A stretch of 64,000 nucleotides of DNA from an uncultured Chlorobiota bacterium (GTDB lineage Bacteria > Bacteroidota > Bacteroidia > Bacteroidales > JAADGE01): contig CAMZKV010000042.1 of the NCBI GenBank assembly GCA_947311445.1, positions 2,982 to 66,981 of the forward strand, read 5' to 3'. Under the pieces are notes generated by a model. It was given only the letters and a program-made list of their open reading frames with translations. It ran no database searches and was not told where the DNA came from. Below are positions 8,201 through 18,175 of the stretch, one piece after another; the stretch's first letter is position 1; each line of letters opens with the position of its first letter. Both the position numbers and the translations under genes were made by a program.

Positions 8201-8240
8201 AAAAAAACCCACGACAAAAGTCGTGGGTCTATTTATGTTT
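8201..8240. terminator. bidirectional rho-independent terminator between convergent rpoD and the 8270..9337 gene
   Basis: Stem ACCCACGAC (8207-8215) / GTCGTGGGT (8220-8228), loop AAAA, A-run upstream and T-rich tract downstream. Confidence 0.8.
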
Positions 8241-8269
8241 TAATCCTATTTTAAGGGGACTTCTAAAAA

Positions 8270-9337
8270 TTATCTTATAAAAACTTTTTTAGAAACAAAG
8301 CCTCTGTTTGTTAAAAGTCTAATTAAATATATTCCTGTTTTTACTGAATTATTAAATTTAATTGTGCTTGAAGGTAAATTCTTTTGATTATAAACTTCTT
8401 GCCCAATTGTGTTAATGACATCAACTTTAATTACTTTAATATTAGATTCAGAAATTATTTTAAACCCGTCTTCTAATCCTACAATTTTTATATCATCATT
8501 AAAAATTTCATTAATTCCTGTAAAAACTGAATATTCTCCACCTGAAAAATCACCGAATTGATTTAGTGCAGATTCGTTAATTTGGTTTCCGGAAACAAGA
8601 TTTAAAACATACCACTGAGAAGGGATGTAATAACCGGCATAAATATTTGCATCATTTCCTACAATGTCTCCTGCAACAAAATCCAGTGTTACATCATATT
8701 CCGGATTTGTTATTCCGCTTGCTGACAATTTCCAATATCTGTTCAGATAATCATTAGTACTTGAATTATTAGGATGTTTTGAGTTTTGAACATTTACTGC
8801 AAGACTTGCATTTAAATATGTTCCACTAGTCATTTCAATTGAGGCGGGAGTATAATCATTACTTCCTGTAATATCTCCTACAGGAAAAAGATATGTTCCG
8901 TTAGAAGAAATTCCTCTTATAAGATTGCCAGATGTGTTAGAAACAAACATACAAGCATTATCAAAAGAGCCGTTTAATACTGAGCCATCTTCTAATGTTA
9001 AAGTGCTTGATTGTAGGTCGATAATACCGTTTTGCATATTTAACTCATCTGTTACCGACACATTATTGTTTAAAAGCAAACCAACATTATCTACATATAA
9101 TTTTTTAAATTGAATTGCTGAGCTACCATTTATTTCTTGTTCTGATGAACCTGCAAATTTTACATCTCCATTTAAAATTACATCAGAAGAATTATTCTTA
9201 AAATCTGTACCTTCAGATAAAACTAAACCTGTATTATCTGACATATTAAAAGAGGTTCCGGAAGCAATAAAAATTTCTTGCCCAAAAACAGACAAGTTCA
9301 TTAGCATTATAAATGCAATTATTATTATTTTATTCAT
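8270..9337 (-). CDS. secreted protein with T9SS C-terminal sorting domain
   Basis: 355-aa ORF. It has a signal peptide. The C-terminus (VDVINTIGQEVYNQKN...KTGIYLIRLLTNRGFVSKKVFIR) matches the Por-type secretion tail pattern. Confidence 0.7.
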   Translation of the reverse strand: MNKIIIIAFIMLMNLSVFGQEIFIASGTSFNMSDNTGLVLSEGTDFKNNSSDVILNGDVKFAGSSEQEINGSSAIQFKKLYVDNVGLLLNNNVSVTDELNMQNGIIDLQSSTLTLEDGSVLNGSFDNACMFVSNTSGNLIRGISSNGTYLFPVGDITGSNDYTPASIEMTSGTYLNASLAVNVQNSKHPNNSSTNDYLNRYWKLSASGITNPEYDVTLDFVAGDIVGNDANIYAGYYIPSQWYVLNLVSGNQINESALNQFGDFSGGEYSVFTGINEIFNDDIKIVGLEDGFKIISESNIKVIKVDVINTIGQEVYNQKNLPSSTIKFNNSVKTGIYLIRLLTNRGFVSKKVFIR

Positions 9338-9452
9338 AGTTTATGGTTTTAAAAAATTTAATACAAACTTATTAAAAAAAAAATTATTATAATGTATATC
9401 TTTCTTTATTTGATAGAAAGCACTATATACTTGATTAAAATGCTATATTGTA

Positions 9453-11282
9453 CTATGAAAATAACTTTTTAACTAAATCTTTTCGTTTCATTTTTAAAAG
9501 TTTATCTTTTATTTTTTGTCGATATTCTTTTTTGTACCAAAAGAAAAACATTCGTTGAGATAATTTTTGTTCTTTACTTCTAGCAGTATAAACTTTTTCA
9601 AGAGTATAAGGATGGTATCCTGAATAATATATTATTGCAGCAACAGTCATTGGAGTAGGAGTTAGATCTTGAACTTGTTCTAATTGAAAATCTAGTTTTT
9701 TAGTTTTTCCTGCAAGTTCTGCCATATCAGCATCTTTGCTCCCTGGGTGACTTGAAATAAAATAAGGAATAATTTGTTGCTTGAGTCTTAAATCTTTATT
9801 TATATTATCAAAATACTCTTTAAATTTATAAAACAAATTAAAACTTGGTTTACGCATGATTTTAAGAACCTTGTCTTCTGTATGCTCCGGAGCAACTTTA
9901 AGCCTACCTGATACATGGTATTTTATGAGTTCTTTTGAATATTCTTCTTTATCTTTATTTATTTTGCCATTTTTATCAAAAAGCATATCGTAGCGAATTC
10001 CACTTCCAATAAAAGCGTGTTTAATTTTAGGATGTTTACGAGTTTTTTTATAAATATTTGTTAGTGCAGAATGATTTGTATTCAAATTAAAGCAAATTTC
10101 AGGAAAAATACATGAAGGACGTTTACATTTTTCACAAATTTTCAAATCGTTGCCTTGCATTTTATACATATTTGCAGAAGGTCCTCCCAAATCGCTAATT
10201 GTTCCTTTAAAATCGGGCATATTTGCAATAGAATCAACTTCTTTTAAAATTGATTTTTCTGAACGGCTTGAAACAAATTTCCCTTGATGTGCAGAAATTG
10301 TACAAAAACTGCATCCCCCAAAACAACCTCTGTGCATATTAACAGAGAATTTAATCATTTCATATGCAGGAATATTGCCTTTTCCTTTATATTTGGGATG
10401 AGGGAGGCGTGTATAAGGCAAATCATAAAAACTATCCAACTCTTTTTCACTTATTAAAGGATGTGGAGGATTGACAGTTATTGAGAACTCTCCAACTCTT
10501 TGCTCTAATATTTTTGCATGAATCATATTAGATTGAATTTCAATTTGCTTGAAATTTTGAGCAAATTTTTTTTTATCTTTTATACAATCTTCATGGCTAT
10601 TAAGATAAATAATAGCTTTTTTTGATTTTATTTTTTTTAAACTTGGTACATTTTGAGTTAAATATACAGTTTGCGGAATGTTCTTCATGCTTGAAATTGG
10701 CACACCTTTATCTGCAAGCCTAGCAATTTCTGCAATTGATTTTTCTCCGTTTCCATAGACTAATAAATCTGCACCACTTTCAATAATTACTGATGGTTTT
10801 AGGGTGTCAGACCAATAATCGTAATGCGTTAAACGTCTTAAAGATGCTTCAATGCCACCGATAATTATGGGAGTTTCAGGAAATATTTTTTTTAATATTT
10901 GAGTGTAAACTGTTACTGCATAATCTGGTCTAAACCCAGCTTTTCCACCAGCTGTGTAGGCATCATTGGAACGAAGTCGTTTATTTGCTGTATAATGGTT
11001 TATCATACTGTCCATATTTCCGGCAGTTACACCAAAGAATAGTCGAGGTTTTCCTAGTTTTTTAAAATCTCGTAAATCGTCACGCCAGTTTGGTTGTGGA
11101 ACAATTGCAACTCTAAGACCATGTTTTTCAATTATTCTTCCGATAACTGCAGCTCCAAATGCCGGGTGGTCGATATAAGCATCTCCGGAAAAAAGGATAA
11201 CATCAAGTTGTTCCCACGCTAAAGTTTTAAGTTCTTTTTTTGTTGTGGGAAGGAAGTCGGTTATTTTATATGTTTTAGTCAA
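9453..11282 (-). CDS. ygiQ: YgiQ family radical SAM protein
   Basis: 609-aa ORF. UPF0313 N-terminal domain (VILFSGDAYIDHPAFG) and radical-SAM cluster motif CFGGCSFC. Confidence 0.9.
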   Translation of the reverse strand: MTKTYKITDFLPTTKKELKTLAWEQLDVILFSGDAYIDHPAFGAAVIGRIIEKHGLRVAIVPQPNWRDDLRDFKKLGKPRLFFGVTAGNMDSMINHYTANKRLRSNDAYTAGGKAGFRPDYAVTVYTQILKKIFPETPIIIGGIEASLRRLTHYDYWSDTLKPSVIIESGADLLVYGNGEKSIAEIARLADKGVPISSMKNIPQTVYLTQNVPSLKKIKSKKAIIYLNSHEDCIKDKKKFAQNFKQIEIQSNMIHAKILEQRVGEFSITVNPPHPLISEKELDSFYDLPYTRLPHPKYKGKGNIPAYEMIKFSVNMHRGCFGGCSFCTISAHQGKFVSSRSEKSILKEVDSIANMPDFKGTISDLGGPSANMYKMQGNDLKICEKCKRPSCIFPEICFNLNTNHSALTNIYKKTRKHPKIKHAFIGSGIRYDMLFDKNGKINKDKEEYSKELIKYHVSGRLKVAPEHTEDKVLKIMRKPSFNLFYKFKEYFDNINKDLRLKQQIIPYFISSHPGSKDADMAELAGKTKKLDFQLEQVQDLTPTPMTVAAIIYYSGYHPYTLEKVYTARSKEQKLSQRMFFFWYKKEYRQKIKDKLLKMKRKDLVKKLFS

Positions 11283-11483
11283 AATAATATTTTATTTTGG
11301 ACAAATATACTATAAGAATTTAATAATCATATATTACCGTTGTATTGATTTTTTTCATCAAACTCATTGAATAGTTTTAAGTATATAATAAATTTTGAAT
11401 TATAAATACAGAAGTAAAAACCAATAAGTGTTTTTGGTGTATTTAGAAAATTAATAAATTACAAATTAACAAGTAATTTGTTT

Positions 11484-11678
11484 TCAATTTTTATTTTTCC
11501 GCCATGTAAGTCCAAGAAAAGTAAGAATTCCACCTGTTATAAAAAAATGAAAGTTATTAATTAATGTTTCTTTAAAATTTTGTTTTCCTGACAAAAGTAC
11601 TATTATTCCTGAGCTAATTAAAGTTATTCCGATTACAAGCATAAATATTCTCGCTATTTTTTCTTGTTTTTTAGTCAT
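11484..11678 (-). CDS. small membrane protein (two predicted TM helices)
   Basis: 64-aa ORF with hydrophobic segments. Its start overlaps the stop of the upstream gene by 1 nt. Confidence 0.4.
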   Translation of the reverse strand: MTKKQEKIARIFMLVIGITLISSGIIVLLSGKQNFKETLINNFHFFITGGILTFLGLTWRKNKN

Positions 11679-12445
11679 TAGATTGTTTTTAGATATTTGT
11701 ATTTAATCCATGCTTTTTTTCCATCGGTTAATTTTATTTCGCACCAATCTCCTGATTTGTTTTCTATTTTTACTTTAAATCCTTCAAATACTGAGAATAT
11801 TGTATTTGCTTTTTCGTCTGGTGAGCTTTTTGCTTGAACTTCATCTTCAATAACAATTGCTAAATTGTGAGAATTTATGTAATTTGTTTGGTATTGCATA
11901 AAAAACATTCCGGTTAATGAAAAGAAAAGTACAATAGCTGAAATTAAAAAATATATCTTTTTTAATTTAGACGTTCGGGATTTTATATAGATAAAAAACA
12001 TAATAAGAAAGACAATGAATAAGAAAATGCTAATGTAAGCCCAAAATACCGGCGATACTAAAAATACTAGATTTTGAAAAAAACTAACTATTGCATTCTC
12101 GGGAAGTATTGCAGGGCGATTTTTTACTCTTAAATTTGCTAATTCAAGATTGTATTTAATATCTTCATTATTAGGGTTCGACAATAATGCTTTTTCATAA
12201 AAGCATATGCTTTCGCCAATTTTATTGAGTCTGTAAAATGTGTTTCCTGCATTATAAAATAAATCTTTTGATACATATCCTGCATCTATTATTTCTTGAT
12301 ATTTTTCTGCTGCTTCTTCAAATTTATTTTGTGAATATAGTTGGTTTGCTTCCTTAAATTTTTGTTCATAAAAGTCATTTCCTATTTGGGAAAAAATAGG
12401 AAAATTTAAAACTATTATTGTTATTAGAAATGCTAGTTTTTTCAT
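11678..12445 (-). CDS. TPR-repeat / SH3-domain membrane protein (BatE-like architecture)
   Basis: 255-aa ORF. Signal peptide, TPR-like repeats (YNAGNTFYRLNKIGESICFYEKALLSNPNN), internal TM segments, and a C-terminal SH3-like segment (GDWCEIKLTDGKKAWI). Confidence 0.6.
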   Translation of the reverse strand: MKKLAFLITIIVLNFPIFSQIGNDFYEQKFKEANQLYSQNKFEEAAEKYQEIIDAGYVSKDLFYNAGNTFYRLNKIGESICFYEKALLSNPNNEDIKYNLELANLRVKNRPAILPENAIVSFFQNLVFLVSPVFWAYISIFLFIVFLIMFFIYIKSRTSKLKKIYFLISAIVLFFSLTGMFFMQYQTNYINSHNLAIVIEDEVQAKSSPDEKANTIFSVFEGFKVKIENKSGDWCEIKLTDGKKAWIKYKYLKTI

Positions 12446-12464
12446 TTTAATAATAAATTTTCAT

Positions 12465-13400
12465 TTAAAACATTCTTTCTTTTTTTAGAACTAATCCTCC
12501 TGTTTGTTCAGACCAAATTATAATTTTCTGACCTTTATATATATTATTTACAAAATGAGGTGCGGCGGCATAAAAACTTTTTATTCCTGCTTTTCTTGCC
12601 TTTTCATTATCTTGGATATATTCTGAAAATTCTTTTAATCTTTTATAATAATTATCTTTTTCAATACCATAAATTTCATCATCGTCTCTATGAAATATAT
12701 AGGGAATTCCGTCTTTATCTGTTGATTGCAACAAAATACCATCATCTTTTGCTACTTGTTCACTAAAAATTTTATATGGTAGAACAAGGTTTACTTTTTT
12801 GCCGGATGCAATTTCCGAATAGTCGAAATTCATTACATAGTTTAGAAAATAAATATCTCTTCCCTTTATTTCAACATCTTGTGTTTCAGGTAAATAACCA
12901 TCAAGTTCATAATCATAAAAATATATCTTCAGAGATGTTTTATTTTCGATATAGTTAACATCCATTATTTCCATTTTTGCAACTATATAACTTTTATCAA
13001 GATTTCGAACAACCGTTTTTAGTTCTTTAATTTTGTTTTGGTTTTCAATAAAATCATTTATTCCTGATAAGCCTGTTGATATTCCAACAATAGCCCATAG
13101 AAGAATAAAAATTCCAAGCAAAACAGGTAGTTTGGAAATAATTCCCATAAAAGCCTTTAGTAATTCACTGAAAATAATATATATTTTTTCAATAAATGGG
13201 ACACGTAAATTTCTACTTATTGCTTGATGTGCAAGTTTACGGATACGCACTGCATTTATTAGGGTAAACAGTAAATAAAAAATTAAAAAAAGAAGCATTA
13301 AAACGTATCCTGTTGTTGTTGTAAACAGAAACAATATAAAGTCTGAAACCGGTTTTAAAAACCAATTAATTTGTTCTAATAATTCTTGTGAGTTATTCAT
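12465..13400 (-). CDS. hypothetical membrane protein (paralogous C-terminal domain shared with 13520..14140)
   Basis: 311-aa ORF with N-terminal TM helices. The C-terminal half aligns by eye with the neighbouring 206-aa protein. Confidence 0.5.
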   Translation of the reverse strand: MNNSQELLEQINWFLKPVSDFILFLFTTTTGYVLMLLFLIFYLLFTLINAVRIRKLAHQAISRNLRVPFIEKIYIIFSELLKAFMGIISKLPVLLGIFILLWAIVGISTGLSGINDFIENQNKIKELKTVVRNLDKSYIVAKMEIMDVNYIENKTSLKIYFYDYELDGYLPETQDVEIKGRDIYFLNYVMNFDYSEIASGKKVNLVLPYKIFSEQVAKDDGILLQSTDKDGIPYIFHRDDDEIYGIEKDNYYKRLKEFSEYIQDNEKARKAGIKSFYAAAPHFVNNIYKGQKIIIWSEQTGGLVLKKERMF

Positions 13401-13519
13401 AATTTTGTTATTTTATGAAATTAATATATTAAATTAAGTTTTTTCTATTATGCTTATATTATAATTATTTTTCAGTTTTTAATAATTTTATTTATTCTTA
13501 ATAATAGTATTAATACTGT

Positions 13520-14140
13520 TTATTCAATATTTTCTTTTATTTCAATTCCTCCTTTTGAATGAATGATTATTTGATAAATATGCCCTTCTGAAAATTCATT
13601 TAATTTATAAATGTCTTGAACCATACTTCCGTATATATCTTCAATTTCTTCTGTTTTTCCTGATTTTATTTTTGCAAACAGCTCTGTCATTCTGTTAATA
13701 AAAGAAGTGTCTGCATTGGCATTATTAAAAACTTGCGGAAATCCGTGCTCGTTGTAATAGTTAAAAAGAAGTTTACCATTTTTTGCAGGTATTTTATTTG
13801 TGAAGATTTTGTAGGGAAAAGCTATTTTAATTTGTCTGTTATTTTTAACATCTTTTACGGGAACAACATAAAAGTCGAAAGAAAGTTCTTGACCTTTCAA
13901 AGTAATAGTATCTGAAATAAATGCTTCTTTATTTTCATCTTGTTCATAAAATTTTAATAAGAATGTAATTTTATCTTCATTTTTTTCAATAATTTTAAAT
14001 CTCAAAGGGACTGTTTCTTCTTTTAAAAGGTAAATTTTTTCTTCGAGTTTTGCAATTTGTTGCTCCTGATAATCACACCCTATGTATCCAACAACACATA
14101 AAATACCTAAACTTATAAATATAATTATTAGTTTCTTCAT
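13520..14140 (-). CDS. hypothetical lipoprotein (paralog of the C-terminal domain of 12465..13400)
   Basis: 206-aa ORF with signal peptide plus Cys (VVGYIGC). Shared blocks include FPYKIFTNKIPAKNGKLLF vs LPYKIFSEQVAKDDGILL and GFPQVF vs GIPYIF. Confidence 0.5.
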   Translation of the reverse strand: MKKLIIIFISLGILCVVGYIGCDYQEQQIAKLEEKIYLLKEETVPLRFKIIEKNEDKITFLLKFYEQDENKEAFISDTITLKGQELSFDFYVVPVKDVKNNRQIKIAFPYKIFTNKIPAKNGKLLFNYYNEHGFPQVFNNANADTSFINRMTELFAKIKSGKTEEIEDIYGSMVQDIYKLNEFSEGHIYQIIIHSKGGIEIKENIE

Positions 14141-14146
14141 TATTCA

Positions 14147-14914
14147 TTAATTAATTTCAATCTTTAAACCGTCATATGCAGGGAAAACATTTTTGGGTAA
14201 TTCTTTTAGTAAGTCTTTATAAAAACCAAGTTTATGACTTATATGTGTTAAATATGCTTTTTTAGGTTTTAGTTCTTTTATTATTTCTAATGCTTCTTCC
14301 AGATTAAAATGTGAAATGTGTTTTTTTCGTCTTAAAGCACTTATTACCAACACATTTAGTTCTTTAAGTTTTTTCTTTTCTTCATTGCAAATATAGTTCA
14401 TATCTGTTAAATATGCAAAATCTTTAATTCTGAAACCAAAAACAGGTAATTTGTGATGAGTGCCTCTAATTGGGATTATTTTTTCATCTTCAATTTTAAA
14501 AGTTTTATTTTCAATATTTTGGAAGTTCATTTTTGGAATTCCTGGATAATTTTTTCTTTCAACAACATATGCAAAGTCTCTTGTTTGCAAAGAATTGCAT
14601 ACACGTTCTTCTGCATATATTTCCATAGGTTTTTTTTGAATATAATTGAAAGCTCTAACATCATCCAAACCTCCAATATGGTCTTTATGCTCGTGTGTAA
14701 GAAGTATTGCATCAAGTTTTTTGATTTTTTCTCGCAACATTTGTTGTCTAAAATCAGGTCCGGCATCAATCAGTATATTTTTATTATTAACTGAGACTAA
14801 TGCTGAACTTCTAAGTCGCTTATCTTTTGTATCTTTTGAACTGCAAACTTCACAATTACAGCCAATTAGTGGCACTCCTTGTGATGTTCCTGTTCCTAGA
14901 AATGTAATTTTCAA
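14147..14914 (-). CDS. MBL-fold metallo-hydrolase
   Basis: 255-aa ORF. N-terminal MKITFLGTGTSQGVP and metal-binding HEHKDH (HxHxDH) motif. Confidence 0.85.
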   Translation of the reverse strand: MKITFLGTGTSQGVPLIGCNCEVCSSKDTKDKRLRSSALVSVNNKNILIDAGPDFRQQMLREKIKKLDAILLTHEHKDHIGGLDDVRAFNYIQKKPMEIYAEERVCNSLQTRDFAYVVERKNYPGIPKMNFQNIENKTFKIEDEKIIPIRGTHHKLPVFGFRIKDFAYLTDMNYICNEEKKKLKELNVLVISALRRKKHISHFNLEEALEIIKELKPKKAYLTHISHKLGFYKDLLKELPKNVFPAYDGLKIEIN

Positions 14915-14924
14915 AATATTAGTT

Positions 14925-15887
14925 TTAATCTTCGTATTTTAGTGTAATTTTTGTTCCGAAAGATTTATCGGTTAGTTTAGTTGCTTCGGTAATTACACTT
15001 TTTTTGCCTCCGTTTTCAACAAAATTTAAACATGCTCTTATTTTAGGAGCCATATTTCCTTCTCCAAATTTTCCTTCTTTCATATATTTTTCAGCATCAA
15101 TTTTATTTAAGAAATCTAATTTTTGTTCGTTATGTTGCCTGTAATTTATATAGACATAAGGGACATCTGTTAAAATGTAATATTCGTCTGCATTAATTTT
15201 TGATGCTAAAACTGCCGTTGCTTTGTCTTTATCAATAACTGCTTCTAATGGTCTTATGCTATTGTTTTCTTCATCAATATAGACAGGTATTCCGCCACCA
15301 CCCGATGCAATAACAATTGCTCCGCTTTTTGTAATACTTTCAATAGTTTTTATATTAAAAATATCAAAAGGTTCGGGAGATGCAACTACCCTCCTCCATG
15401 CATCATCAGCTTTTGGACTTTTTTTAAACTTCCATCCTTTTTCTTTTTCTAGTTTATCTGCTTCTATTTTTGGGTAAATTTTCCCAACACGTTTAGTTGG
15501 ATTTGAAAACGCAGGGTCATTTTTTTTAACGAGTGTTTGAGTAACTAATGTAACAACATCTTTTTTTATTCCTTCTTCTCTTAAAATATTCCTTAGGCTT
15601 CTTTCTATCATATATCCAATTCCTCCTTGCGAATCTGCTACGCATATGTCCAAAGGCATTTGTGGTATATCATACATTTCGGCACCGGCATCATTTCTCA
15701 TAAGAATATTCCCTACTTGTGGTCCGTTTCCATGGCTTAAAATTATATCGTGTCCTTCTTTAATGAAAGGTATAATATTTTTAAGAGTATCTGCTGTATT
15801 TTGTTCTTGTTCTTCAATTGTACCAATTTGGTCTCCTCTAAGAAGTGCATTTCCTCCGAGTGCTATAACTATTTTTTTCTTTTGCAT
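14925..15887 (-). CDS. arcC: carbamate kinase
   Basis: 320-aa ORF. IVIALGGNALL N-terminus, SHGNGPQVG and ASGGGGIPV motifs of the amino-acid kinase / carbamate kinase family. Confidence 0.88.
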   Translation of the reverse strand: MQKKKIVIALGGNALLRGDQIGTIEEQEQNTADTLKNIIPFIKEGHDIILSHGNGPQVGNILMRNDAGAEMYDIPQMPLDICVADSQGGIGYMIERSLRNILREEGIKKDVVTLVTQTLVKKNDPAFSNPTKRVGKIYPKIEADKLEKEKGWKFKKSPKADDAWRRVVASPEPFDIFNIKTIESITKSGAIVIASGGGGIPVYIDEENNSIRPLEAVIDKDKATAVLASKINADEYYILTDVPYVYINYRQHNEQKLDFLNKIDAEKYMKEGKFGEGNMAPKIRACLNFVENGGKKSVITEATKLTDKSFGTKITLKYED

Positions 15888-15924
15888 ATTTTTAAAATTT
15901 GATAATTGTATTCTATATTTTTCA

Positions 15925-16551
15925 CTAATGAGATATTTGAAATATGAAATTTTCTATTAAGCCAGGATTTAAAATTACAGGAAAAATTAATCCGAAAACT
16001 GAACCTGCAAAGTGGGCTTCGTGTGCTATATTGTCTTTGTTTCTTTTACTCATATATATTGTGTATGCCAAATAAAGCAAACCAAAGATATATGCTGGTA
16101 ATCTAATTGGAATAAAAATTATGCCGAGAGGTAAAGTTGGAGCTAATAATATTGTAGTGAAAACAACTGCTGAAACTGCTCCCGATGCTCCTACGGAATT
16201 ATAATAATGATTATTTTTATGTTTAATTATTGAGGGAATTGTTGCAATAGGAATTGCTAATACATACATTAGCATATATAAAATACTGCCAAATTTATAT
16301 GTATGCGGAAAAAAATCAGGAGATGAAAAAGCTGGTTCTATCATTTCTCCAAACATCCAAAGAACATACATATTAAAAATAAGGTGCATCCAGCCACTAT
16401 GGATGAAGGCATGAGATAATACTCTTGAATATTCATTTTTATGATATACTAAATATGCATTAAATTTTAGTTTATTAAAAAACTCTAAATTATTGAATGC
16501 AATAATTGAAACAATTGATGTTAATACTACTAATGTTAGGGTTAAATACAT
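15925..16551 (-). CDS. rhomboid family intramembrane serine protease
   Basis: 208-aa polytopic ORF. HAFIHSGWMHLIFNM, catalytic-Ser motif GASGAVSAV and His motif AHFAGSVFG. Confidence 0.85.
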   Translation of the reverse strand: MYLTLTLVVLTSIVSIIAFNNLEFFNKLKFNAYLVYHKNEYSRVLSHAFIHSGWMHLIFNMYVLWMFGEMIEPAFSSPDFFPHTYKFGSILYMLMYVLAIPIATIPSIIKHKNNHYYNSVGASGAVSAVVFTTILLAPTLPLGIIFIPIRLPAYIFGLLYLAYTIYMSKRNKDNIAHEAHFAGSVFGLIFPVILNPGLIENFIFQISH

Positions 16552-16594
16552 TTTTATTACTTTATTTTAATTGGTTTGCAAAAGTAATATATTT

Positions 16595-17593
16595 TTAATG
16601 TAAAATCTTAAAAACAAGTTCTTTTAACAAATCTCCATTTGTTGTACTTACATTATTATAACCTTTTGATTTCATATCGTATTCTCTTAATAAAGAAATT
16701 ATTGAAACTGTTTTTCGGATATTATATTTTCCTCCCGCTATTACATAATCTTTAACAAAAAAAGGATGAACTCCTAGAACTGAGGCGATATTATTTTGGC
16801 TTTTATCTTTTGTATAGTGGTAAGTAAGAATTTTTGAGAAATAGTTAAACAGACTGATAATTACCATAACCATAGGATTTGCCTTTGGGTTATTTGCAAA
16901 ATGATTAATTATTTTGTTTGCTTTTAAAACATCTTTTTGCCCGAGAGCGTTTTGAAGCTCAAAAACATTATAATCCTTACTAATCCCTATATTTTTTTCT
17001 ATATGTTCGGGAGTAATTGTAGTATTTTCAGGCAATGAAATTATTAATTTATCCAGCTCGTTTGAAATTTTGTTTAAATCTGTTCCTAAAAAGTCTGTCA
17101 GAAGTTTGCTTGAAACAGGGCGAATTGAATATTTTTTACTTTTAAGATATGCCGTAATCCAACTTTCAACTTGATTTTCATAAAGTTTTTTTGACTCAAA
17201 AATTACTGCTGTTTTTTTTAGAGCTTTATAAACTTTTTTTCTTTTATCGAAGTTCCTATTTTTAAAATTAATTACGAGGATTGTAGAATTCAGTGGTTTT
17301 TCAGCATAAAATTGAAGTTTTTCAATTTGTTTAAGGTTTTGTGCCTCTTTTACGATTAATACTTGATGATTTGCCATCATTGGAAAGCGTTTGGCAGCGT
17401 TTATTACATCTTCAATTTTGGAGTCTTTACCGTACATAACAGTTTGGTTGAATGCTTTTTCTTCTTCATTAAGAACATTTTCTGAAATATAATCGGTAAT
17501 TTTGTCAATAAAATATGACTCTTCTCCGTATAGGAAGTATATTGGTTTGTATATCTTGTTTTTTAATTCTTTTATTATTTCTTCAAACTTCAT
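16595..17593 (-). CDS. holA: DNA polymerase III subunit delta
   Basis: HolA-like N-terminus MKFEEIIKELKNKIYKPIYFLYGEESYFID. I chose the internal Met at 17593, because the first 13 codons of the ORF-track model look like read-through of the intergenic region. Confidence 0.8.
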   Translation of the reverse strand: MKFEEIIKELKNKIYKPIYFLYGEESYFIDKITDYISENVLNEEEKAFNQTVMYGKDSKIEDVINAAKRFPMMANHQVLIVKEAQNLKQIEKLQFYAEKPLNSTILVINFKNRNFDKRKKVYKALKKTAVIFESKKLYENQVESWITAYLKSKKYSIRPVSSKLLTDFLGTDLNKISNELDKLIISLPENTTITPEHIEKNIGISKDYNVFELQNALGQKDVLKANKIINHFANNPKANPMVMVIISLFNYFSKILTYHYTKDKSQNNIASVLGVHPFFVKDYVIAGGKYNIRKTVSIISLLREYDMKSKGYNNVSTTNGDLLKELVFKILH

Positions 17594-17670
17594 TGCATTA
17601 TTTTTGGAAGCGTAAAGATAAATAAAAATCAAAATACAAAAAACAAATATAAAATAATGAAATTTAAGAT

Positions 17671-18135
17671 TTATTTGTTTTGTTTCGTTACTTGCCCTTT
17701 ATGTTTCATTTTTTTGAAGAGCATTTTTTTAAATTGTTGTTCTGCTTTATATAATAAAACTATTTTTATGGGTGGTAAAACATTTTTAAATTTCTCATTA
17801 TATTCTTTGCCGAGTTTTGCTTGTTGTAAATTGTTTTGGGCAAGAAAGTCCGCTAGATCAGTAAGTTCTTTTTCAGACATATTTAAACTATTTTTATAAA
17901 AATAGTGCATTTTGTTTCTTTTTTCAATAAAAAGTTTTTCTTTTTTTGTATTTAATTCTTTTAAAAGAGGAATAAACTCTTTTTTTTCTTTTTCTGTAAG
18001 CTGAAGTTGAGATACTATATATTCAATTTGCTTTTTTAGAAATTCATTTCGTTTTTGAAAATGCTTTTCTCCTTGTGCTAAAATAGTATTTCCAAAGAAC
18101 ATAATTAATATAAAAATTTTTATTGTAGTTTTCAT
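17671..18135 (-). CDS. periplasmic helical protein, possibly Spy/CpxP-like (LTxxQ-type)
   Basis: Signal peptide (MKTTIKIFILIMFFGNTILAQ). K/E-rich helical sequence with QLQLTEKEKKEF. It lies downstream of an ECF sigma / anti-sigma pair. Confidence 0.45.
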   Translation of the reverse strand: MKTTIKIFILIMFFGNTILAQGEKHFQKRNEFLKKQIEYIVSQLQLTEKEKKEFIPLLKELNTKKEKLFIEKRNKMHYFYKNSLNMSEKELTDLADFLAQNNLQQAKLGKEYNEKFKNVLPPIKIVLLYKAEQQFKKMLFKKMKHKGQVTKQNK

Positions 18136-18175
18136 CTCTTTTTTTATTAAAGTTAACATTAGAGTTAAATTTGTT

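Noticed and set aside
14925-15887. Carbamate kinase without adjacent arcA/arcB/arcD as a possible odd pathway fragment
   Set aside because: Stand-alone arcC genes are common, and the partner genes may be elsewhere. This cannot be assessed from one window.
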